DNA of 64,000 nucleotides from an uncultured Fibrobacterota bacterium (GCA_963753345.1 CAVWBU010000021.1:128001-192000); one strand, 5' to 3'. Positions 29,958 through 40,978 are shown, counted from the stretch's first letter. The notes: generated by a model not told the origin, from the letters alone. Numbers and translations are program-made.

Positions 29958-31393
29958 GCGCCGCACCCGCCGCCCGATCGGTCGTGACGTCCCTTTTCAC
30001 ACAATCCGTATGCACTGCCATGATGCGTCTCGCAACCGTTTCCGCCGCTATCCTTCTATGGGCGTGCATGGTCCAATGCGCGCCGACAAGGCAGGTTGCT
30101 TCACATAAAGGAACGGCCGGCCCCATGCTCCTTGCACAGAACGAGACCGGCCGCGCCGCCGGCGACGTGTGGGACGTCGAGCCGCAGGGCCGGCCCGCTC
30201 CTGAGCGGTCGTCCGGGTATTATGCGGACGGCGCGAATTTTCACGTTCCGTCGTCATGCGTGCGCGTGATGCTGCGCCCGAACCAGTCCCGCGCGGCCGT
30301 GCGCTCGTCCGGAACCGTGGCGCTGCACAACGGCGGCACGTTGGGCGCAGTGTCGTTTTCCGGGAGCGCGTCCGTTGAGCGCGGCGACGCCGCCGGCAGG
30401 GTGTTCGTTTCGGCCGGAACGCTCGGCAGGATAGGGGTCGTGCTTCCGTGCACGTTGCTTTCCGCAAGCGAATCCGGCATGGTGGTCATCGAAAACCTCG
30501 CGTGCCGCGGCTCGATCATCATTTCTGCGGAACAGGGAGGGCTTTTCTCGCTTGCAAACTTTATTGACGTGGAAGACTATCTTCGCGGCGTGGTGCCCCT
30601 CGAGGTGGGGAAGGGCGGCGCCGACGTTGCCGAGGCGGTGAAGGCCCAGGCGGTTGCCGCGCGCACCTACACGTACCGGAAAATGCAGGACAATGCCGCG
30701 GCCGCCTACGACGTGAGCGCCACCGTGTCCGACCAGGTCTACGGCGGCGCCGAGGCCGAAGCCGAGGCATGCAGCAGGGCGGTCGCGGACACGCGGGGCG
30801 AGGTGATGCTGTACCACGACAGCCTCGTGTACGCCTATTACCATTCCACGTGCGGGGGCAGGACCGCGAATATCGAGGACGTGTGGAACAAAAGCAGGCT
30901 CGGGTATCTGCGCTCGGTTGACGATGAAAACGGATGGTCGGGGCCGTACTGCGGGCAATCAGGGACGTTTGCATGGGAGGAGCGCTGGTCGCTCGCCGCG
31001 TTCACGAGCATCGTGACGCGCTTCTCCCGCGAGGCGTACCCGCAGAACGCCTGCACCGGCGACGTTCGGAGCGTGACCATCGACGCGCGCTTTTCATGCG
31101 GCAGGGTGAAACAGTGCGGTGTGCATACGTCAAGCGGCACGTTTGTGTACGGCGGCGACAGGATCCGCTTTGTATTCCGCCGCAACCAGCCCGGGTTTCC
31201 CATCCTGAAAAGCAGCCTCATCACCGACGTGTCGGTGCGCGACGGCGCGGTCGTCATGAAGGGCCGTGGCTACGGCCACGGCGTGGGCATGTGTCAGACC
31301 GGCGCGCTTGCAAGGGCGAAACACGGGCAGAAGTATGATGAGATTCTTCATGCGTACTATACGGGGATTACGATACGTAAAGTGACAAAATAG
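29954..31393 (+). CDS. SpoIID/LytB-domain protein (start uncertain)
   Basis: EDYLRGVVPLE, KAQAVAARTY, DQVYGG, YHSTCGG, GHGVGMCQ. Confidence 0.88.
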   Translation: MSAAPAARSVVTSLFTQSVCTAMMRLATVSAAILLWACMVQCAPTRQVASHKGTAGPMLLAQNETGRAAGDVWDVEPQGRPAPERSSGYYADGANFHVPSSCVRVMLRPNQSRAAVRSSGTVALHNGGTLGAVSFSGSASVERGDAAGRVFVSAGTLGRIGVVLPCTLLSASESGMVVIENLACRGSIIISAEQGGLFSLANFIDVEDYLRGVVPLEVGKGGADVAEAVKAQAVAARTYTYRKMQDNAAAAYDVSATVSDQVYGGAEAEAEACSRAVADTRGEVMLYHDSLVYAYYHSTCGGRTANIEDVWNKSRLGYLRSVDDENGWSGPYCGQSGTFAWEERWSLAAFTSIVTRFSREAYPQNACTGDVRSVTIDARFSCGRVKQCGVHTSSGTFVYGGDRIRFVFRRNQPGFPILKSSLITDVSVRDGAVVMKGRGYGHGVGMCQTGALARAKHGQKYDEILHAYYTGITIRKVTK

Positions 31394-31407
31394 AGACAAG
31401 ACAGAAT

Positions 31408-31561
31408 TTGGGCGTTCCCCTCCCCCTCGACTTCGCTCGGGGTCGGGTCGGCCCTCCTTCCGGTCTCGGCCTTCGGCCTCGGGCTGCCACGGCCGTATGC
31501 CGCTTCGCGGCCGGTCCGGGCAGCACCGTGCTCTAGCACGGCCTCCAGTCCTGCCTAACGC
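31408..31561 (+). repeat. Repeat family B, copy 6
   Basis: TTGGGCGTTCCCC...GGGTCGG...CCTCCAGTCCTGCCTAACGC. Confidence 0.85.
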
Positions 31562-31662
31562 AGCGCATGCGGGATTCTTATCAATCAAATATTTCTTCTC
31601 ACGCCAAACTGCATTCGCAGACATCAGCCAAGATTACTTTCTTTGCTTTTCAACTACTCTAC

Positions 31663-31814
31663 GTGGGTGCCCCCCAACCGAAGCAACTTTCTTGCAAATC
31701 AACTTCCTTGGGGGCCACCCAAGAGGGGGTAGCGGAGGACCGGTCGCGCACCTCCGGGATACTTGTTTGTAAAGCGGCGCGGCCGGGCCGCAGCGAGGGG
31801 GAGTCTTCCCCCGC
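31663..31814 (+). repeat. Repeat family A, copy 6
   Basis: GGGTGCCCCCC...GGGGGCCACCCAAGAGGGGG...GCGAGGGGGAGTCTTCCCCC. Confidence 0.85.
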
Positions 31815-31904
31815 ATGAATGCTTTTCTTATTGCATCTGATAAAACCTATTTTATCAACGCATACACACATATTCGCATTCACGCATTCACCTCGGAGTT
31901 CCAC

Positions 31905-32432
31905 ATGTCCTTTTTCATCGAACTCGCAAAGAAGCGCTACTCCGTCCGCTCATATCAAGACAAAGAAGTTGAGGAGCCCATCCTCCTCAAAATCCTCGAA
32001 GCGGGTAGCCTCGCGCCGTCGGCGTGCAACAACCAGCCGTGGGCGTTTGTTGTCGTCCGTAAAGAGGAGACGAAGAAGCTGCTGCTGCCCGCCTACGAAA
32101 GGAACTGGCTTGCGCAGGCGCCCGTTATTCTCGCGCTGTGCTGCGATCGCTCGCAGTCCTGGCGGCGCAGCGACGGAAAGAACTTCGGCGACATGGATGT
32201 CGCCATCGCCATGGACCACATCACCCTTGCGGCGGCGGAAGCGGGCCTCGGCACGTGCTGGATAGGGAATTTCAAGACCGACGAGGCGCGGCGCGCGCTC
32301 AGACTGCCGCAGAACGTGGAGCCGGTGGTGCTCACGCCGCTCGGGTATCCGGCGTCACAACCGCCTGTCAAGAAGCGGAAGAAGCTCGAGGAAATCGTCC
32401 ACTGGGAATATTTCGGCGGGAAACAGCGCTGA
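31905..32432 (+). CDS. Nitroreductase family protein
   Basis: KRYSVRSY, APSACNNQPW, GLGTCWIG. Confidence 0.9.
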   Translation: MSFFIELAKKRYSVRSYQDKEVEEPILLKILEAGSLAPSACNNQPWAFVVVRKEETKKLLLPAYERNWLAQAPVILALCCDRSQSWRRSDGKNFGDMDVAIAMDHITLAAAEAGLGTCWIGNFKTDEARRALRLPQNVEPVVLTPLGYPASQPPVKKRKKLEEIVHWEYFGGKQR

Positions 32433-32434
32433 CC

Positions 32435-32953
32435 TCACCGCGGCGTTGCGCCGGCAACGGTGTCCGGAAGGTACCGGGTATGCACGCGGTTATGGATTTC
32501 GGCGAGATGGCCGATCCTGTCGCGCGTTCCGAGCGTGAGAACAAAGGTCGCTTCCTGCTGTCCGGCGGACGTATCCTCCGCCTCAACGGTGAACCCGGCC
32601 ACCCTGATGCTGTCGAAAGCAGGGCCCGGCGGCCCGTTGTTTTTTTTAAGCGAGTCGTTGCGGAAACAGTAGGTGACGGTGTCGCCGGCGGCCCCAACGA
32701 AGGTCACGGAGTGGGTGTCGAACCGGACGACCTGCGATCCCTGCCTGATCTCATCGGCAATCGCGGACGCGGCAGTGTTGGTTTGCGTCTGGAAAGCGGC
32801 CCTGTTTCGCTGGACAAGGGTCTGCCGGGTCATGGCTGCGAGCGAAAGCATGACGATCGCCACCACCACGACCCCGACGATGAACGCCGCGGCAAGCTCG
32901 ACCATGGTGAAGCCGGCGTTGTTTCGCAGTGGCACGCCGTGTCGCGGCGCCAT
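32435..32953 (-). CDS. Type IV pilin-like protein (prepilin cleavage motif)
   Basis: G|FTMVE followed by a hydrophobic helix. Confidence 0.7.
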   Translation of the reverse strand: MAPRHGVPLRNNAGFTMVELAAAFIVGVVVVAIVMLSLAAMTRQTLVQRNRAAFQTQTNTAASAIADEIRQGSQVVRFDTHSVTFVGAAGDTVTYCFRNDSLKKNNGPPGPAFDSIRVAGFTVEAEDTSAGQQEATFVLTLGTRDRIGHLAEIHNRVHTRYLPDTVAGATPR

Positions 32954-33005
32954 TGTATTCCCGCGTCCTGCGAAAGTATTTTTGCACATGAGCGAAAAAT
33001 AATCG

Positions 33006-33506
33006 ATGTTCCCCGGTGAAAGGAAGCGGGCGGTCGTGGACAAGCTGGCATTGATGAACGCGGCGTTTCAGGAGGCCGTGAAGGCGCTTGACGAAGGCGA
33101 GGTGCCGGTCGGCGCCGTGGTGGCGAAGGACGGCAGGATCGTCGGCCGCGGCTACAACCGGGTGGAAAAGCTGTTTGATGCAACGGCGCACGCCGAGGTG
33201 GTGGCGATCGGGGCGGCGTCGGCCCAGCTCGCAACATGGCGCTTGTCCGGCTGCACGCTCTACGTTACGCTCGAACCCTGCATCATGTGCCTCGGCGCCC
33301 TGATGCAGGCGCGCATCGACGCCATTGTCTTCGGCGCGGCGGATCCGCGGCTGGGCGCCGTCGACACGCATCTCTACCGGAACGAACTCGAGCGCGCCTA
33401 CCGCTATTTCCCGGCCATAACGCGCGGGGTGATGCGGGAGGAATGCGGCCGGCTGCTCACGGGATTTTTTGCGAACGTCCGCGCAAACGGTACAAAGGAA
33501 CCATAA
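33006..33506 (+). CDS. tadA: tRNA adenosine deaminase
   Basis: EVPVGAVV, TAHAE, TLEPCIMC. Confidence 0.9.
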   Translation: MFPGERKRAVVDKLALMNAAFQEAVKALDEGEVPVGAVVAKDGRIVGRGYNRVEKLFDATAHAEVVAIGAASAQLATWRLSGCTLYVTLEPCIMCLGALMQARIDAIVFGAADPRLGAVDTHLYRNELERAYRYFPAITRGVMREECGRLLTGFFANVRANGTKEP

Positions 33507-34791
33507 TGGACCTCTGGACCTCCTCCGAAGCCCGGCGCTGCGTGGTGAATTTCGACAGCCTGAGCGAGTTGCAGAAGTCAAGCCTCCTTGACATCCTCAA
33601 CCGCCGCTTTCCGCCGCAAATCTATCGCGAGCACCGCTGCCGCCAGGAGGCCGCGCTGCGCAATGCCGAGTTGTGCAGGAAGATGCTTGACGGAGCGGAG
33701 CAGACATTTCCGCCCCTCATCATGCAGTCCGAGGTACGCACAACGCCCGCCGACCTCGCGGGATACGCGGTGGTGCTCACGGCGGGCGGCGACGGGGAAC
33801 GGCTGCGCGCGAGTCTTCAGGCTCGCCTTCGCTCGTCGGGCGTGAGCGACGAATCGCTCAGAGACTTTACAAAACCAACCTACCCGCTGCCGGGCTTTCC
33901 AAACGGATACGGAACGCTTCATGCAAACTGCGCGGTTGTTGCACGTCTGTGCCGCGAAAGCGGCCTGAACGTTCCCGTGATCGTCACCACCGGCCCGTTA
34001 TCGTCGGCAACGGCGCGGGCGGTTCCCGGTGCGCTGAAGAAGTTCGAAAACTTCGGACTTGCGAATGTGCGCACGCTCGCCCAGGACGAGCGGTTGCACC
34101 TAACGCTCGAAGGGAAGATGGTGGCGCGTCTGCCGACGGCGACAGCGCCCGGCCCGCGGTGAACCCCGACGAGACAGGCGGCCCTTTTGTCAAGCTCCTG
34201 CGGCAGGGGGAACACGGCGAGCCTTCCGCAGCAGAATGGCTTTTGTCGCTCGGGTGCGAAAAGATACTCGCGCTGCAGGCCACGGGCCTGTACGATCCGT
34301 CCGTCATACTCGCGATGGCCGCCGCCGGCAGGAGCCGCGACTGCCTCGGCGTGGGCGTATTGCGCACGGGGTTTGAGCCGGACGACCCGTTCGGCTCGTT
34401 CGTTATTGTCAAGAAGAACGGCCGGCCGGAGGTCCTCACCATCGTGGAACAGGGCGTGCGCAGCGATGCCACGCGCCGGCTTGCTGACGCCTCCGGACAG
34501 TATCGCTTGCCGTACAACACCGGGCTGTATGTTTTCGACATCGGGCTGCTGGCGGCCAATCCTATGCCCGATTATGCAACGCCGCCGAAGGAAATCGTTC
34601 CGTCGGTTCCCCGGAGCCCGAAGATCGGCTATGCGATTACCGACATTGTCTCCTTCGCGAAGAACCCGGCCGTGCTGGCGATAGACCAGGGTTCGTACGC
34701 AAACCTTAAGACTGTTGACGATTTGTCGCGCCTTGCCGAGCTGGCGCAGCGGTGCGGCATCCTTGATTTATGCAAGAAGAAGGCGGGCTGA
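33506..34791 (+). CDS. UDP-sugar pyrophosphorylase family nucleotidyltransferase (frameshift near 34127)
   Basis: VLTAGGDGERL, TKP, TTGP; continues with PDETGG and YNTG in the next frame. Confidence 0.6.
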
Positions 34792-34792
34792 C

Positions 34793-35623
34793 GTGGAGCA
34801 ACGGTTTACCTTGTCTGATCGGCTGACCGCAGGAGAATGCCTCCTCATTGTCGGCTTGACGGGCGCGCTTGTCACCTGCGCGCTGTGCGCGGTCGCGAGC
34901 CTCCGGAATGGAAGCGCCGCCGAATTTTCCGCGTACGCGCGGCTCAGCGTGTACCTCGCCGTCACCGCGCTCATGTGCGTGTTGCTGCGGATAACGTTGA
35001 CAAAAGAGATGCGGCAGACGCAGTATATGGTTTCCGACGATTCAATTGCGCATATTCGCCCCCAGCGCATCGTGACCATTCCGCTCGAAGATGTCGAGCG
35101 TCTCAGGTACATCCGCACGCCGTTGTTCTTCAACTTCGGGCTCCTTTCATCCTCAGGCGGCGCGATCCGTATCTCGTTCCGGACCCACGACCACGCCGGC
35201 CTCATCGCTTTGCTCAAGAGCCGCTTTGACGCCGGAGGCAGGTCCGGCGTTTACAAAGAAAAGGAAATCGAACGGTATCTTCGGGACGCCCGGTCCGCCG
35301 AACAGGCCGACGCGCGAGTCCGGAGATTTCTTCCGGGCCTTTGCGGCGCAGTCGCGCTTGCCTGCGCGGCAAACACCGTGACCGCACTATACCTGTGGTG
35401 GTTTCCCGTGTTTCTGTCGCTTCTGTGGTCGGTGTTCGGGCTTCTCATGTTTGTCAACGCGGTGCGCTATGCCGAATATATTCTGGGACGCACAAGCGGC
35501 CGCACGGCCGTTTCGCCCGACGCCCCCCGCAGCGCCGCCGCCGCATATGTCATGTCGGGCTCGGCCGTTTTCACCCTGTATCTGATCTGCGGGATCGCCC
35601 TCAAAGCCGCTTTTTTCCGGTAG
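34793..35623 (+). CDS. Hypothetical membrane protein
   Basis: Several hydrophobic segments; fills the operon between neighbours. Confidence 0.6.
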   Translation: MEQRFTLSDRLTAGECLLIVGLTGALVTCALCAVASLRNGSAAEFSAYARLSVYLAVTALMCVLLRITLTKEMRQTQYMVSDDSIAHIRPQRIVTIPLEDVERLRYIRTPLFFNFGLLSSSGGAIRISFRTHDHAGLIALLKSRFDAGGRSGVYKEKEIERYLRDARSAEQADARVRRFLPGLCGAVALACAANTVTALYLWWFPVFLSLLWSVFGLLMFVNAVRYAEYILGRTSGRTAVSPDAPRSAAAAYVMSGSAVFTLYLICGIALKAAFFR

Positions 35624-35636
35624 CAATGACTGCCCT

Positions 35637-36653
35637 ATGAGCCTTCGCCCGCTTCACCTCAGGAACCTCGTGATTGCGCCGCCGCTGCTGTGCGGCCCCA
35701 TGGCGGGCGTATCGCACAGTGCGTTCCGCAGGCTCGTGGCCGATTTCGGCGGCCATGGCGCGCTGTTCACCGAAATGCTGCCCGGCAAAGCCTTGCTCAA
35801 TGAGAACGTCGGCGCGACACCCTTTACAAAGAGGCGGCCCGAGGAGGGGATTGTTTGGTACCAGCTCGCGCTGAACGGGAGCGAGGACATCCCCGCGGTT
35901 ATCGACAGGCTGGGCGCGGTGCGGCCGGCGGCAATCGACCTCAACTGCGGATGTCCGGCGCCGGAAATGGAGCGCCAGGGCATCGGCGCCTCGCTGTTCG
36001 AAGACGAGGCGCGTTTTGCGGCCGTGCTCGGCGCGCTGCGGAAGGCATGGCCCGGTGTGCTGTCTGTCAAGTGCCGGCTGTGGAAGACCGGAAACGGATG
36101 GCAGCCGGAATTTCTGAAAAGACTTCGCATCATGGAACATGCGGGCGTCGACCTGCTCATCGTGCATCCGAGGTTCTTCGGCGAGAAACTCAAGCGCAGG
36201 GCGCGGTGGAATCTGTTCGAATGGATTTCGTCGCAGACTGCGCTGCCGATTGTCGCCAACGGCGACATCGGATTCGCGTCCGACATCGAGCAGCATGCGC
36301 AGGCGTTCACACCTGTCGCCGGACTCATGATCGCAAGGCAAGCGGTGGTGCGGCCGTGGATATTCCGCGAATTCTCCGCGCGATTCTTCGGCGGACCGGC
36401 AGTCGGCCCCGTCGACTATGCCGGGGTGTGGAAGAAGTACTACGATTTTGTCAAGGAAGATTTTGCTCCGGAACGGGCCATCGGCAGGCTCAAGGAGTTT
36501 ACAAAATACTATGCATGCAACTTCTTCTTCGGGCATCTTCTGAGGAGCGCGGTCCAAAATGCGCAATCACTGGATGAGGTGCATGAGGCGGCCGTGAAGT
36601 TCTTGTCTGCAAATCCAAAGACCGTGGAGCGGCCGGCGGTTGCGGGAGTCTAG
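35637..36653 (+). CDS. dus: tRNA-dihydrouridine synthase family protein
   Basis: GPMAGVS, IDLNCGCP, VHPR, ANGDI. Confidence 0.88.
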   Translation: MSLRPLHLRNLVIAPPLLCGPMAGVSHSAFRRLVADFGGHGALFTEMLPGKALLNENVGATPFTKRRPEEGIVWYQLALNGSEDIPAVIDRLGAVRPAAIDLNCGCPAPEMERQGIGASLFEDEARFAAVLGALRKAWPGVLSVKCRLWKTGNGWQPEFLKRLRIMEHAGVDLLIVHPRFFGEKLKRRARWNLFEWISSQTALPIVANGDIGFASDIEQHAQAFTPVAGLMIARQAVVRPWIFREFSARFFGGPAVGPVDYAGVWKKYYDFVKEDFAPERAIGRLKEFTKYYACNFFFGHLLRSAVQNAQSLDEVHEAAVKFLSANPKTVERPAVAGV

Positions 36654-36752
36654 AGGAATTGTAGATTGCAGAATGTAGAATGTAGAATAAACAAACCATC
36701 AAACGTCCTTTCTGTTCTCTTTCAATCCCCAATCCGCATTCCGAAATGTCAT

Positions 36753-38609
36753 TTATTCGCCCGCCAGATGGACAAACGGCAGAACGGTTTGCGTTGTCTG
36801 GTTTCGCAATTGCAGGATATAACGTCCCGAGCAAATGTTCCTGTCTGCCAGATTGATGGTGACTGAGCGAAGGTTTGGCCCGGATTCGCCGCTGTAAACG
36901 ATCCTTCCGCGTATGTCGAAAATACGGATCTCATTGATGCCCTGCTGCAGATTGGCAAGGACAATCGAACCGCGGATCTTGCTGAGCATCGGCTTTCCCG
37001 GTATCTCTTTTCCGGCCAATTTCCGCGAAACGGCGTTTCCCGGCCCGGCGCCGACCGTTATCGCCGCCCTGCCGTCAACGGAATCGTTCCAGACATAGAC
37101 AATGGCTTTTTGCGCGGCCAGAGGCGCTTGCGGAAGAGGAACATCCACACTGTGCTGAAAAACGCCGGACTGCATTGCAATGGTGCTGTCAAAAGAAAAT
37201 CCCATGTTATATTGCCCGGAAAACGCCGGTACGGAATCGCGAACCGTAAAGCTCACCGAGTAGCTGATGTGCGAGGTACTGTCGCCGGGGACGGTGATTC
37301 TTACCGCAGTGGGTGCGGAGTCGGGAACTGCCGCAGCACTTACGTTGATAGTGCCATAGGTTGCCCGCAAAGCAGGATCGCCGAGAAAGAAATATGTTTG
37401 GTTGTTGTAGCTTGGTGCAATCGATTTCGCCTTTGCGAGGAGCGCTCCAAGACTTGCGCCGGGGTTTTGTTTGAGTTGCGAAAAGAATGCCCTTCCTAAC
37501 CATTCATTATCGGAGGCGTATGTTTCACTCGCACTTCCGATATACGCAATGGCGCCCCCTTGGGGCATGAAAAGAAATTTCTGGCTCATGGGCACGGGAA
37601 CGGCACTAAAAATTGAGCCATTTCTTGATGTAAAGGCAACAAGAACGAATGGCATTGAATCGTTGGTGAAGAGATTGGTATTGTCGCTGTTCAGGACGTT
37701 TCCACAGCCTAATTGTTGGTCACTCCCATAGACGGAAAAGAATGCCAATGCGACACCTTGATTGATTGTCGCTATGATTGCAGCAGTTGCCAATGGTTGC
37801 TCGTAAAACTCATCAAACGGATATGCGGAGAGATACCGTTTCCTCACCAAATATCCTTGGAGCGAGCTGTCCACTACTATTTCGTCTGCTTCCTGGAAAA
37901 CCGATCCAAGCGGACTTGGGTTGGCCCCTAGCATTGCATTGTCGGCAATGGCCATCATGCTATTGCGCCAAGCGCCTTTCGGCCGGGAAAGGTCGAACCT
38001 CTTGACTTTTTCAACATACAGGCTGCAAAGCTCCGGAGTTTGCGTCGGTATTCGGCCGATGCAGAACCCGGTATCGTTGATTCCGGACCAATTATCGGCG
38101 GCGGTCGGAGTTGCGTAAGACAACCTTGTGTAACAGTCATCGGATACGGCTACGGGACAGTCTTGGCCCTGGTAGTTCATGTCTGGCGCCAAGTTTCCCA
38201 GCGCGTACCATGTAGGCATCAAGCCGTCGCTATACATGATCGAATCGGTACCAATTTCAAAAGCATCTGTACCGATAAGAACAAGATATTTGAACGACAT
38301 CCGCCAATTTTGCTTTGCCCATTTGAGCGCATTCCACAGCGCAACGTTACGGTGATTGTAATCCGTTCCAGGAAAAGCCGTTATAATATCTTCTAGAAAC
38401 GCTACCTTTGCCTGTTCAACATCGTCGTTCTTGAATGCATTTCTGTGCTGAGCCAGCATGACCGCCGGCGTTTGGAATGCAACAGGAGCGACAATCAGAT
38501 AGTCGCAGGAAATGGTCGGGTCTTTGAACGTGGTAATGACTTCATTGTCGGCAAAGGCGATTGCTGCAAGGCTTGCAATTATCGCAATAATGAGGATGGC
38601 GGGTTTCAT
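36753..38609 (-). CDS. Secreted C25 (gingipain/PorU-like) peptidase homologue with T9SS-like C-terminal domain
   Basis: DYLIVAP, YLVLIG, SDD.Y, IGRIP, GGAIAYIG, LGDPAL; C-terminal IFDIRGRIV...GRYIL. Confidence 0.75.
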   Translation of the reverse strand: MKPAILIIAIIASLAAIAFADNEVITTFKDPTISCDYLIVAPVAFQTPAVMLAQHRNAFKNDDVEQAKVAFLEDIITAFPGTDYNHRNVALWNALKWAKQNWRMSFKYLVLIGTDAFEIGTDSIMYSDGLMPTWYALGNLAPDMNYQGQDCPVAVSDDCYTRLSYATPTAADNWSGINDTGFCIGRIPTQTPELCSLYVEKVKRFDLSRPKGAWRNSMMAIADNAMLGANPSPLGSVFQEADEIVVDSSLQGYLVRKRYLSAYPFDEFYEQPLATAAIIATINQGVALAFFSVYGSDQQLGCGNVLNSDNTNLFTNDSMPFVLVAFTSRNGSIFSAVPVPMSQKFLFMPQGGAIAYIGSASETYASDNEWLGRAFFSQLKQNPGASLGALLAKAKSIAPSYNNQTYFFLGDPALRATYGTINVSAAAVPDSAPTAVRITVPGDSTSHISYSVSFTVRDSVPAFSGQYNMGFSFDSTIAMQSGVFQHSVDVPLPQAPLAAQKAIVYVWNDSVDGRAAITVGAGPGNAVSRKLAGKEIPGKPMLSKIRGSIVLANLQQGINEIRIFDIRGRIVYSGESGPNLRSVTINLADRNICSGRYILQLRNQTTQTVLPFVHLAGE

Positions 38610-38666
38610 GGCGGTTTCCTTTCAGTAAAGTATTGATGGTGAACTCATCAAGCACAAAACGGTTAA

Positions 38667-40151
38667 TCATTGAATAACGTCGATCTCTGTATTTCGCATT
38701 CTGAAAACGCCTTCGTTGGTGCCGATCCACAGCGTGTTCTCGCCGTCGACCGCCAGAGCCGAGATCCAGGGATTAACCATGCCCTGTTCCGGTTTTGACC
38801 ATTGCGAGTTACAGTACAGATAAAGCCCGTTGGCGGTGCCTACATACAATGAATCTCCTTGGGTAACGGCCAGGCTTGTTACTGCGGCGCTCATCGAGCT
38901 GTCGGCGGGCATTATCCGCGTGGCGTTCGTGTCATCCCATGCAAACAGGCCCTGATTGGTTCCAATCCACACCCTGCCGCCTTCGCCTTTTGCGAGCGCG
39001 GAAACGGCATTCTGCCTGAGGCTGGACGATTCATGCCACTTAGCGGCGCTGTCTCTGAAGTACAGGCCGTGCTGTGTTCCGGCCATTACCATCCCCTTAA
39101 GGCAGATGATGGCGGAAATCGAGGTGAGCTGATTCTGCGGGTCGGCCGTGCCTATCGATGTGATGGCATCGGTTGATGAAACAGGGGTGACCGCTACGCC
39201 GTCAAAAAAGAATAGCCCTTGCGGCGTTCCGATCCACAGATTTCCCGCGGAGTCTGCCGCGAGCGCGGTGATGTTCATCATGGAAGGATTGCTCTGGAGA
39301 ATCATGCCTTCCGTGAGGCTGTCGTTCCTGACTCTTGCAAGCCGCAGCGACGTGCCGATCCACGCGGCGCCCTTCGAATCGATTGCCATGCAATTTATCC
39401 GGCTGCTTGACAAACCGTCAAAGAGGCCGTAGGTGCGCCAGTTCCCGTTGCGCAGGCTGGCGAGTCCGTTTACCGTGCCGATCCACACGCCAAACGAATC
39501 GCACGCAAGGGACGTTACGGAGGTGCTGACAAGAAGGAACGGGTTGCGAAGCGTGTCGGCCCGTCCTTCCATCACGTTCACGGCAAGCGCAATATCGAAG
39601 TAACCGCTCGATTGGGTCACCACCTTCGCAAGGTAGGTTCCGGGCGCGAGATTCGGCAGGCTAAAGGCGCCGTTGACCGAGTTGACCTGGGCGTAAACGC
39701 GGCTTCCCTGAAGGACGACAAAAGCATATTCCAGGCTTTTTCCCGAGGAATAGAGCGCAGTGCCCGTCACCGAGCCGGTTTTTTTGAGCGAAATTGTTGA
39801 AATCGTGTCGCCTGGCTTGCCGGTTATGGAAACGGAATCGACATAGGCCTTGTTCGCCCCGCTGTCGCAGAACAGGTTGTACCGCCCCCCGGTTACGTTG
39901 ACAAAACAGTATTTCCCCATACTGTCGGTCTGCTCACTGCAGATCATGAACGGCCCCTGCGGCGGTTCAAGCTCGTTGTAATCGACGGGCACCAGCGTGA
40001 CGCGCGCGCCCCGGACCGGTTTTCCGCTCAGGCCCAGAACCGCTCCCGAAGTCCCGTTGCCGGTCTCCGTGCCCGACAGCATGGGCGCGGTGCCGCAGGA
40101 GAGCAACAATGCGGCACATAGAAGCAACCATGATGATTTGAACATCGTCAT
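38667..40151 (-). CDS. Lipoprotein with carboxypeptidase-regulatory-like domains and beta-propeller repeats
   Basis: LLLSC lipobox, GTETGN, repeated LWIGT.xGL blades. Confidence 0.75.
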   Translation of the reverse strand: MTMFKSSWLLLCAALLLSCGTAPMLSGTETGNGTSGAVLGLSGKPVRGARVTLVPVDYNELEPPQGPFMICSEQTDSMGKYCFVNVTGGRYNLFCDSGANKAYVDSVSITGKPGDTISTISLKKTGSVTGTALYSSGKSLEYAFVVLQGSRVYAQVNSVNGAFSLPNLAPGTYLAKVVTQSSGYFDIALAVNVMEGRADTLRNPFLLVSTSVTSLACDSFGVWIGTVNGLASLRNGNWRTYGLFDGLSSSRINCMAIDSKGAAWIGTSLRLARVRNDSLTEGMILQSNPSMMNITALAADSAGNLWIGTPQGLFFFDGVAVTPVSSTDAITSIGTADPQNQLTSISAIICLKGMVMAGTQHGLYFRDSAAKWHESSSLRQNAVSALAKGEGGRVWIGTNQGLFAWDDTNATRIMPADSSMSAAVTSLAVTQGDSLYVGTANGLYLYCNSQWSKPEQGMVNPWISALAVDGENTLWIGTNEGVFRMRNTEIDVIQ

Positions 40152-40978
40152 GAGCGAGGCCCCTGCGTCGACTTGCTCAATGGGAATATCTGAAAATTCA
40201 CCTGATACACCTTGTCGCAGCCGGCGTCCATGTTCTCCACCTCCAGAATCTCCTTTCTGAGCGCGCGGATCTTTTCCTTGATGAGCGCAAGCCCTTGCGG
40301 CGAGAGATTCACCGTGAGGGTGGATATGTCGCGCACCCCGGCCGGGAACCTTTCAATCGCCTCGCCTGCGAGCGCGATTGTTGACTTCTGGTAGTTCGCT
40401 ATGGCTATGGACCGCCAGTCTTCCCCGGTCGTAACGAACTTGTCCGTCGGTCTATAGCAGCCTTTTTGGTCCTTCCGTATCAGGCCGAGCCGGAAAAGCA
40501 GGGCAATGGCGGTTCTTGCTTCTTTTGGCGACAGGGGCGGTTCGCACATCCCCGCCAGTTGTTCGTAGTTGCCGCAGAACCGGTAATGGCTGAGCAGTTC
40601 CCGTATGGCAATGTATTTCCATGATTCGAACAGCGCATAGCGGTCGGCGAGCAGGGTAAGAACTTCGGACTTGTTGAACGAAACCGCTTTTTCGAAATAC
40701 AGTTTCTTTTCCTGCTCGCTGCGGGCCTGGTCGAGATTCACCAGCAGGCCGAAGTATGCGGTTTCCCGCTTGCCAAGCTTGAACACCGCCGCAACCGGCG
40801 CGACCATCTTCTGGGTGAGATTCCGTTTCCCCTGGAGAATGCGGACAAAGGTGCTGGCGTTGATCCCCAGCCGCCGGGCGACAAACCGGTAGGAGAAAGC
40901 GGGACTCGCCGCTTTCCGTGCTTTGTAAGCGTCCTTTAGGAATTCCCGGAACGAAAGGTAAGTGAATATCGAGATCAT
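40148..40978 (-). CDS. TIGR02147-family HTH protein (DUF4423)
   Basis: IFTYLSFREFLKD, FSYR..A..LG, GKRNL, W.YIAIREL, RDISTLT, VYQVNFQIFP. Confidence 0.85.
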   Translation of the reverse strand: MISIFTYLSFREFLKDAYKARKAASPAFSYRFVARRLGINASTFVRILQGKRNLTQKMVAPVAAVFKLGKRETAYFGLLVNLDQARSEQEKKLYFEKAVSFNKSEVLTLLADRYALFESWKYIAIRELLSHYRFCGNYEQLAGMCEPPLSPKEARTAIALLFRLGLIRKDQKGCYRPTDKFVTTGEDWRSIAIANYQKSTIALAGEAIERFPAGVRDISTLTVNLSPQGLALIKEKIRALRKEILEVENMDAGCDKVYQVNFQIFPLSKSTQGPRS

